DNA of 44,378 bases, the filler included, from Catajapyx aquilonaris (taxonomy: Eukaryota): NCBI GenBank assembly GCA_000934665.2. It is 2 parts of 2 records of this genome, joined end to end, with 100 filler letters (N's around TTAATTAATTAA, not from the genome) between each part and the next. Parts side by side here need not be neighbours in the genome. Positions count along the whole stretch, not along the records: positions 22,352 to 44,378 come from JYFJ02005932.1; 1 more part is not named here. One strand, 5' to 3'. Shown here one piece after another: positions 34,634-44,378 of this stretch (the first letter of the stretch is position 1; every line of letters begins with the position of its first letter). The notes under the pieces are model-generated. The model ran no database searches and was not told where the DNA came from. It was given only the letters and a program-made list of their open reading frames with translations. Both the position numbers and the translations under genes were made by a program.

Positions 34634-37600
34634 TCACAGCGAAGTCAGCTCAGTGACAATGGTCTTGTCTCCACGGATCTCGGCCAGTGCCAGAGGAGGG
34701 CGGAACAAACGCTCGAATTTCTGGAATTATCAAATCAACATGTGATGAGCTCACTTACGACATGAATTGTGGAAAACATTCTGATATTACATGCAAGACT
34801 TACAGTGCGGTTGTCACCAGGAGTCTTCCACCAGAGCCACGCAGCGTAGCCTGGGATGCACATCATGGAGGTCAGGGCGGTTGCCCAACCAATCATGTGG
34901 CTCCACCAGGGATACTCATACTCCAGGTATTTGATTGGTGTCCAAGAAATCAGCTGGAACACAAACACGCCCTGTGGGGCCACACCAACGAATTAGTCCT
35001 TTGTACAAGTGGATGTCACTGGAGAAAGAAAATTAGTTACATACCAGGCAGATTAGTGGAGTGGATACAATCCAGCAGAACTTCCACCATGCGAATGGAT
35101 AGTAACCAATCATGTCACGGATGGCCTCATAAAAGCGATTTGTTCCAAAGGACCAGGACACAGCAATGCACTCGAAGAACATGACCCACAGAAGCACAGC
35201 ACCACTCACAGCATATGAATCCAGTAATTGGAACACATACATGCCACCCTGGAATGTTTGCAAGTGTATGAGTAGTTGCAAACACATGGTGATCATAAAA
35301 TATGCTTACCTGTGACACACATGAAAGTCCAATGACATAAGAGATGGCACAGACTCCAAGGATGAACAGTTCTTTACGCCTTCGTAGTTGATGAGGCCAC
35401 TCGTCAACCACAGCAGTAATGAATCCTTCTACAGTGCAAAACTGCAAGGAATGAAATAGTGTAAAAATTATGACGCTGATCCAATTTTTTCAAACCGTAC
35501 AATAACATCTCAGAAGTAGAATAAGGAAGAAAAAGAGAAGAGTGGTAACTTTTTCCTCCTCGGCTTACAAGAAGCAGAATTTTCTTTGTACGCAGGTAGC
35601 ATTTTCAGATCTTAAATGAAAAAGTTGAAAATGTGACCGATGGCTGAAAGCTGTGACCCTGAAGTAATTTATTGTTGTGGTTGACTGATTAGTGACGAGC
35701 AGATAAAGAGGAGTCACAGTTGCCATTAAGTGAGTGGGAGTGCTATCTAAACAGTTCAGTTAAGCCTGGGACATCTGTGCAATTAGACAACCCTCCACCA
35801 GCTCAACACAAGTGCATTTGAAGTGGGTGAGGTCACCTGTGAATCCAGTCCTATGAACAGGAGCATAATGAAGAATAAGCAGGCCCATAGTGGTGACCAT
35901 GGTAGCTGTAGCACTGCTGAAGGATATGCCAAAAACGCCAGTCCAGGTCCTAGAAAAATAATGTTGTTATGAGCATACACCCAAGAAGTAGCTACGGATT
36001 GCTCACCGCAACAACCATGACAAATTAATTGATACTATGTAACAACTCACCTGAAGCAGCCACATCTTGTACCGGTTTGTTCTGGGTGTGAGCCATGAAT
36101 CCTATGACAGAAAAGATGACAAACCCGGAGAAGAAAGAAGTGCTGGAGTTGACAGCACACACTATGAGAGCATCCCTAGAATGAAAATAGTCCGCAAAAT
36201 CACCTTAGGAAATCCACTTTGTCATATTCAGACACTCACTTGTACACATTGTTGTGGTATTTGTTGTACGATCCGAGGGCCATCAGAGTACCCAAACCGA
36301 GTCCATATGAGAAGAAAATTTGGGTGACAGCATCCAGCCACACCTGGGACTCTCCAAGCTTGGAGAAATCTGGGAAGAGGTAGAATTTGATCCCGAGGGC
36401 AGCTCCAGGCAGAGTGATGCCTCGGAAGAAGAGGATGGTCAGCAGGAAGTACGGGAAGAGAGCAGTGAAGTACACCACTTTGCCGGTCCATCGCACACCC
36501 TTCCAGATGCAAAAGTAGCAGATGATCCACACCAATAGAAGAGTTCCAGCAAGTTCCCAACGAAGAGCACCGACCTCCTCGACTCCACCAGTTATCTCAA
36601 GTGCACGTCGCCTGCAAGAGAACAGCAGGTCATTTGAACAGTCTGCACTCTGGTAGACTCCATGTGAAAAATTCCACTGGAAAAGATATGTGATGTTTAA
36701 GAGTTTGTTGGATGTGAACATATGAGACAACTCACTCCCAAAATTCTTTGACCGAGTCGGTCAAATCATGCTCTCTGACCCGTCTTCCGTCTTCCATGAC
36801 GCAGAATGTTTCCTGGACTTGCGGGGTGATAAACTGCGGTGTGCAGTTGAGGGTTGTTCGCTTGTACGGGCTCACGCAGCTTGGAGTGTTCCATGCATTG
36901 TCGCATGTTCCCCATGGAAGCTCAGGCACTGAAAGCAAAAATCCACCAAATGTTTCAGCAAGAGTTATGGACAGTATGGTGAATATGACTTACGTTTGGA
37001 TAGCGACATGATGAAGTAGAAGATGGCCCATGCCAACACCACGATGTAATACATGTTCATCCAGCAGGCCATCACAGCAGCAGCGTATCCAACCCCTGAA
37101 ATGCCCAATAAATTAAGAATTCTTTTGCCGAATAATTCCACCCGAATTCAATAGCCTTTCTTAATTATTTTTTTTCATCCCTCACGTACAGTACCTTTGA
37201 AAATAGGCATTATCCGCCATACGCCCAGGCCTCCAATTGTGAGGAACTGGCCTATAGCCAGCTCCATAAAGAACATCGGAATTCCAGCCAATATGACCGT
37301 CATTAGATATGGAATCAAGAAGGCGCCTGCAATGACGAAGAAGGCAGGCATTTTATTCTCATTGTCACCTCATCCGTCCCTTGATTGGACTGGCACAAAA
37401 GGCAGATTCTTCAATGCCTCTTTTTGCCATGCACAATGCGTCACTCACCCCCGCCATTCTTGTAGCAGAGGTAAGGGAACCGCCAGACGTTTCCAAGTCC
37501 AATGGCCAACCCGACCACGGACATGATGAAGTCCAGCTTTGACCCCCAGCTCCCCCTCTCCGGGAGGTCATCGTCGTCGTTGCCGGGCGAAGAAGTCGCG

Positions 37601-37719
37601 TTGGCGACCTGGTCCCCTGTGGCCCCGGGGCTGCCCGCCTGCTGATTACCACCTCCATTGGCTTTAGTTGGCGCCAGGGCGCCTAATTCCAGCGCCAGGA
37701 CAGACGCCGCCTCGGGCAT
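34634..37719 (-). CDS. Gat: Sodium- and chloride-dependent GABA transporter (SLC6), 632 aa, 11 coding exons
   Basis: Exons 37719-37449, 37326-37195, 37095-36994, 36928-36736, 36611-36240, 36175-36051, 35949-35837, 35441-35310, 35248-35045, 34971-34804, 34720-34634; total 1899 nt, all [40 protein letters not shown] (Gly, not the monoamine-transporter Asp, in TM1), [47 protein letters not shown] as in insect GAT. In-frame TGA four codons before the ATG. Confidence 0.95.
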
Positions 37720-40562
37720 GCTGGAAGGTCACTCTCTCACTGCATGGGGGCTGCCAGGCACCACCGGATAACTTGTACCTGCAACATGTTAGTTATATAC
37801 GATTGTTGCGGGCAGCTGGCCTGTTACATAATGGCAATATCCATGATGTGATCTAATTTTCTTGGGCGTTAATTGTAGTGGTCTCAAAGGGGTGTATGGG
37901 GGCTTATTGAAACATGGGTGAGTCAGAACGTTGACAATGGGAGGTTGTAAAACACTCCAAAAGATTTTATTGGGCATGCACTTATCATGTTGGTTTAGGA
38001 CTGAAGGGGTTGATGGTATTGTTTCCTTATCAGGTTCCAAATCTCGGACTACTTTACCCACTGATCTTGAAGGGTCGAGATCGGCTTGCATGTAACAAAT
38101 AGGGCTTACTTTGCCCAAAAAATGCATTTGACTATAGGTTTCGCAAAAAAAAAAAGTGTGTCTTCCAAAATAACCGATGCACCAAGAATACGATATTGCG
38201 TTTTGTTGCCCATGCAATAAATATTAAATATTGTTGCATGCTAGAAGCTAGATGCACTACTGATATTGTCGGTTTCCTCCGAAACTTTTATTTGTCAAAC
38301 ATTCCATTATTTGATTCCTATAAGGTGAGAGGCTGGTTTTTAAACCTTCATAAATCGACATGGAGCATTTTTTTTACCAAAATCGAGATTTTAAATACTC
38401 CAACATATAATAAATTATTATCGCCATTACGGGAATCATCTGAAACGTACGGGAGATGCATTTTACTTTTCATTAAAAGTGAATGACATATCGAGATTGG
38501 GGTATAACTATGGCATCCAATTTCCAAATTATTTATTAAAAATTAAAGAAGAAATATTGAGCACGGTTATTATTATTTTTGAACGCAACAGTTTGAACTC
38601 CATTCGGCAATCGGACTGTGCTCCATAATTATTTGTTCATACATCCACTTTCTTGTAATCGTTGGTTCCTGATTAGTTGATTACACTAACATACCATTAC
38701 ATCTCTGCAGAGATGTAATGTGGTTATGGGAAATAATCAAAACGTGCGTCATCGGAGCAAAAATTACGGCCGGATTTGCTTCGAAAGCGAGTCACTTTCT
38801 CAAGTAGTGTGCATACGTATATCTATGATCTGTGCTGGAGAAAGAATGAATTGAATGAATTGTGCTATACATGTAATGTTGCTTATACGCCCGTCGCGTA
38901 AGGAGAACGTTATGCAATAAGTTGACATCTATTAATTGTCCAGTACAAAGACAGATCGCTATTACAGCTGTTGTTGAAAATGGCATATCTTTGGCCATGG
39001 TCGCAATAATTGAAGTGCCTGTCACCTGTTTCACTTACGCAGGAAATACACGTAATTTCTTGCGCTCAATGCTGACATTTAATTTATGCTAATCGTCTAC
39101 ACCAAACAACCCAGCATTGCCAATTACTGTAGAAGGCGGATCCGGAAGCCTTTATTTTTTTATATTGTATGTGCCGTGTATTTGGTCATACGAGGATATT
39201 GAGGACCTTCTAAATATCCGCTGGCTACCCCATATCTTTTTGGGAAACGCCATGATGAGGATGATGGTGATGATGTATGCACCATTTGTTTTGTAATTTT
39301 GTGAGGTAAGAAGCTTGTAATATTAATTTGAAATGATCCGATTATCATATTAGCCAGAGTTGTCGGTGTCAACAGCTATGTCGCAATATTACTAGCCTAT
39401 ATACAAGTGCTAGTGTTAATCATTTTTGCCCCTTGAACTGCATTTTGCCGCACAGTTTATTGTTGAAATACTGAAGTTATGTTGAATATTTTCTCAGCAT
39501 GTGCTGGTAAATCACTTTTTACCTATCATTTTGAGCACTCACATGATTGTCATTTCCCAACTAAATTATTTTTGAAAAGTGGCATGAAAGTGGAACAGCA
39601 AGCAACAATGAAACTTGCATTTTCGTGCCATTTATCAGCCGAAAAGTGTCAGAGGTGCAACCGGACCTTACCCCGTGTGGTCAACGCATGCCTTCAAACT
39701 TCGAGTCAGCACACTCACAGCACGCATCACCCGCCACAGAACAAAAGTTCGAAAAATATGCTGACCTGTCCAACAAGCGGTGGTAAACGTCGACTCCTGT
39801 CCTGTCCCTTTATGTGTATAAGTCCTCAGGTACAAACCGCGTTGACCCTTTTTTACAATCAGACTTGGGCACTTCACTATTGAGTCACACCTCCATCATC
39901 CCTGTCAGGCTCCAGGTTGACCCGCGTCTGTCCGTGTCCCCTCGAGGATCATCCTCTGCAGCCTCCTGCTTGCGGAAGAGGGGGGGCAGGGGTGGTGGGG
40001 GAGGAAGGTGGGGGGGGGGGGGAGGTGACGACGGTGTACTGAGGAGGGTGGGGGGGAGGTAGTTTAAAAAAAAAAAGCCACGAACCATTTATCNCCCCTC
40101 TTCTGTCCACTTAACCACCCACCCACCACACAGAACTGGATGACCCAGCACTGAATGGAAAAGACCCCCAAGGCCGTGTCCTTCGGGGGTCAGCTTCCAG
40201 CAGGGTGGCAAGCTGCACTTCCTCATTGGACCCAACCCCGCAATGTGGAGGAAGCGACAATCAGGGGGACCTCAACACTCCCCCACTTTTTTTTATATAT
40301 CTTCTGGTGGCCTTGTGCCAATTGGTTCCTTACAGACGCTGCGACCACACCATCGGAAGTGGGGCTGTTGGCACACGTACCGATTGAGGTGGCGGAAACA
40401 CCGGTGGTCATTGGTCGTGTCAGGAGTAAACAAACAGATGATGATGGATAGCGTGTATTGGGTGATGTCGAAGAGTGATGTGGACATGCGACAGGTTGAC
40501 GGGAGATGAACTCTGCTTCCGACGACATGTACTGTTACTGAATGAAGGGTGTTTTATAATAC

Positions 40563-40720
40563 CAGTAGACACCGGATATAACAAACTTCAAGGGACCGCA
40601 GAAGTCATTCTGCAATAGCCGATGTCTGTTATAGCCATATAATTATGTGGAAGTATATGGCGGGACAAGCCTTTTAAGTCTGGACATAGCCGAGGCTGTT
40701 ATATTCGGAGTCAACTACTG
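40563..40720. mobile_element. Short pogo/Tigger-like MITE
   Basis: cagtagacaccggatataaca...aagggaccgc / tgttatattcggagtcaactactg|ta; same end architecture as the 11880-14423 element. Confidence 0.65.
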
Positions 40721-43700
40721 TAACCAAGAGATTTTAGCAAAATACAATAGTGACAATCACAGTGAGAGAAATGCGTGTGAAGAGAGTGAAAAACTTAATT
40801 GTCATATATTGTTGTTAAAAACCTTTTTCTCATCAGCATGAACTCTTGGGATAAATGGCTAGTTATAGGTAAATAATAATAATTTATTTAAATCAACAAG
40901 TGTTATTAGTTGTATTCTGATCCGTCATGTCCACGCATTGTTATGCAGAAAAGGAGCCTTTACAATCTGCAAAATGTGCCTCACGTGTAATAATTTCTCT
41001 AGATCTCCATGCCCATTATAGCTACATGATATCTCTCCGATTTTGTACGTGTTTGTAAGGTAATTAATTGCGCAAAATACGGTGTAAATCAATAGTGTGA
41101 ATAAAACCCCACCAGATGTAAGGGTCGTGTGAAGTGCAAAAAACTTGGCGCGGAGATTGTCGGGAGAGGTTCCAGCGACAAATTCCACATGTCATCCACA
41201 ATGAGTACAAGTGGCAGGCACTCCAATCAAGACATTATACGTTATTAGTATGCAGGCGTGACTCCTTTGTTGCTTTATTTAATCTTATAGCCGGGATACA
41301 ACGACCGCATTATTTATTTGGGTTTGTAATACAGGGTGATTTTAAAACTCCCTTTACAGCGAAAAATCTTCCATTGCATATACCATTGCAGCAACAATAT
41401 TTTTGATTACTGTTCATTATTCAATTCAACCACATATATTTCCTTTCTGCCTAATGTAATTGACAACCTTAGTTATCCTGATTGTTACAGCTACCCTTTC
41501 AGGAGGTATCTAACAACCAGGATAATTTCCGATTTCCCCAACTCCTTGTGGCATATCCTCAGGCGTTTTCGCAGGCACTAGAAGCCTAACTTTCAGGTTG
41601 TAACAACTTCGGTGAGAAACTATCTTTCTACATGTAGAAGCTGCAGGAAACTACTCTTTTGGAATTAACTATCACTCAACCTTTCCTAGTTGATTGCACT
41701 ACACTGTTAAGCAGAAGTATCACATTCTATTGATTGTCCCTCTGAGGTGTGTCCTCAATAACTTTCTACTGTCGCTTCTAATTAGTATGAATGTAATATA
41801 TTATGAAGTATTGGGGTTAATTGGCACACCTGATTAAACCCACTCATAATTATTAGTAAGGACATTATTGCCTGGTTGGTCATAATCCGAACCCGGATAA
41901 AATCGGATTAAGCGAAGTTTCTTGGGCGGATGAGGAGAGGTCGGCGGGTCCTTTGAGTGCTTGATTCTTCCCTCACTTCCAGCAGGGCCAATCCATGGTG
42001 TCATCGGTGGGGGGCAGGAGGAAGCGGATGCTGAGGAGGGTGGGGGTCAGGGAGGTGGTGGCACCCAGTATTAGATGGGATTTATAGCGGGGGTGGGCGG
42101 GGACCCTCCTTCCTCTCGGGATGGTCATCAATCAGATCATAGGCGATGGCACGGGGGGCGAAAGGAAAAGGGGAATATAAGCCAAAGGGAAGGGGGTTAT
42201 AGGAGGATGGGTGATAGTGTGGAGGAAGGGTACTAAGGTTTCAGCAACTGGGTCTCCCTGCCCCCCCCTCTGGCAGCCCGTACATCAAGCTAGATATTAC
42301 AACATTCGTTTTAATGGCCCCGCTTTCCTCCTGGGGACTGTCATGTTCATAACCCTTCGCCAGTTTTACTATCGGATATCCGGATGGGGACTGGGGAGAG
42401 GAGGAGAAGGGGGAGGAGGGAGACTCCTCTTCGGCATAGTATCCGTTATGTGCATGTTAAAACCTAGTTATGTATGTTGTAATAATTATTGTACTCATCT
42501 GATGAATCGGGATTACTACTTGTTAGTAGCCTACTTATTGTTATAGTGTATACCTGTTTCCTAAAAATTCAAAGAGTCGTAGGCTACGCGTGACAGTTGC
42601 GAAAATTGTTGACAAAATTCAGTTATCTTTCTGATCGTACTAATTTTAAGTCGTAATGCTTTCATAGGGTGTACCTGTATCCGAAATGTCGACGTTATCA
42701 GTGCAATGAGATCAAGGAGATATTCCATAATTTTTCCACACACCCCTCCAAGCTGTTGCCCGACTCTCAATATCTACCTCAAATATATTGGATTTCGTGA
42801 GACATGGATAATTTTTCAGGAGATGAATAATTTAGTTTATATTAGCTGGAACAGTTATTGTTATCGCCGATTAGAAATCGCAGTACTGTACTGTACATGG
42901 CGAGTGTGGGCATCCCTGAGGTGCGAGCACTTGCACAAACGGATTGATGAAATTCCAGGGAAATGTATTGCTGCTTTCCATGCCATAGAGGCATAGATCG
43001 AATAGTGCGCTACACAAAATATGAATCTTAACACCAATCCTTCTTTCCTTCCCAGCCATTCACGCCACAATACGTGTACCAAATCGCATATAAAGCACCA
43101 GATTTAGTCATATAGCATCGACTTCCTGTACCCATGCAAAGTTAGTCTTCAAATCAGATTTAGCATCCTAGTCGGTCAGGCAAACAAGCAACACCAGTGC
43201 TCCATTCTCCATAGCGCATGTGCAGCCAAAAATTATGCATCCTCATACAGTGCAAGCAATTAATGTGTATACCGTACCCACTAAACACCTGGAAAAAATA
43301 TTTCGGGTTTTCCAGTCGCTTTATATGTGGAATATTCTTTGCAATGTGTTAGGGACAAGATTTCGTGACAAGTTTACCCTTAAGAAATAGTTAGCATAAA
43401 GCACCTTGAAAAGGACAAAAATGATGTAACTATACCAATTAATGTTCAGTCAATAATTTATTTTACTTCACGTCACGGCTTTTCCGTCTGCCAGCGATAA
43501 CGAGAAACAGCAAGAATGATCAGTATATTTTCACGGCAAAAAAGTTATAGAGGGGTTGCTTCGAGGGTTGCTTATTAGAATGAAGAGAATGGTTGGGCGG
43601 GGCAGAATGTCAGGAGGTCAAAAATTATGCCAGGTTCTGACCCCCTTTGAGTCATCAGAACCTAAATTCAGGTTACGTCACAACGCAGGATATTGCAGGC

Positions 43701-44378
43701 CAAATGGAATAGTGGGAACCTCCGCCATCCACCACAGTCAATCTCAATATATACTACCGGCCAAATACTACAAGTACTATACGTACTTATATTACTGCAA
43801 ACTTGTTATACCGAACATCCTGTGAGTCTATAGGCTACCACTTATCCTGCAGGGATGTCACCCGCCAAGCAGCGTTGCAGGAAGTGTGGCGTGCTGAGTT
43901 GGATACTTGGGACACTATAGGAAGTTGACACAACAATGTTCTCAGAGTTGATCTTACCTCATCAGAGGCCTTCAATATGTACTTTCATAATTATGTTCTA
44001 GTGACCTGGTTCATCCGGCGATGAATATTTACATCCTAAGGTCAACCCCATCGCCTGGAGACGATCGTCAACCGGTCAACTATAGCACCTATGGGTCTTC
44101 CATGGTGACTGCCGTTTACATCGCCCGTCGACATTTCGTGCTGGACAGTTTACATTGTTGTTGCATAGTTTTAATATGAATTTTTGTATACAGGGTGATC
44201 AAACTTTTTTGTCGTTTTAGTTATTGACAAATTCGGCCTAAGCTGCTTATATTGTAGCCCGTTACCTGGCAACCCCGTCCGGCGGGCCAATTCGAACATC
44301 AGCCCATGGAGAGCGCTTCCATTGTTGCCACTGTTTACAAATCGAGTGAGTGACGCAGACGACCCAGCGACGGGCCTC

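Noticed and set aside
37720..37778. N-terminal extension or UGA readthrough of GAT (TSYPVVPGSPHAVRE*PSSM)
   Set aside because: In-frame TGA with no upstream start or recoding signal identified; most simply 5'UTR, with a tiny MQ* uORF.

Overview
Eukaryotic genomic DNA, very likely arthropod (TTAGG tracts, insect-type GABA transporter, 60-250 nt GT-AG introns). It is two contigs joined by an artificial 100-nt spacer (N44-TTAATTAATTAA-N44, 22252-22351), so adjacency of the halves is unproven. The left half (1-22251) has no intact gene that I can recognise. It holds many MITE/foldback DNA elements (several nested), a complete tRNA-derived SINE with a 13-bp TSD, LINE 3' remnants with a matching tail, microsatellites, and a decayed casein-kinase-1-like fragment. 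The right half is gene-dense: two tandem alternative last exons of a PKA catalytic subunit (+), PPCDC (-), COX19 (-), NPRL2 (+, 7 exons) and a GABA transporter GAT (-, 11 exons), plus a decayed partial duplicate of GAT. The two most interesting signals are (i) COX19 and PPCDC joined by a TAATG stop/start overlap, an apparently translationally coupled bicistronic animal locus, and (ii) a duplicated, strongly diverged PKA C-terminal tail exon. All gene models were built by hand from splice signals and remembered protein family motifs; no database searches were run.
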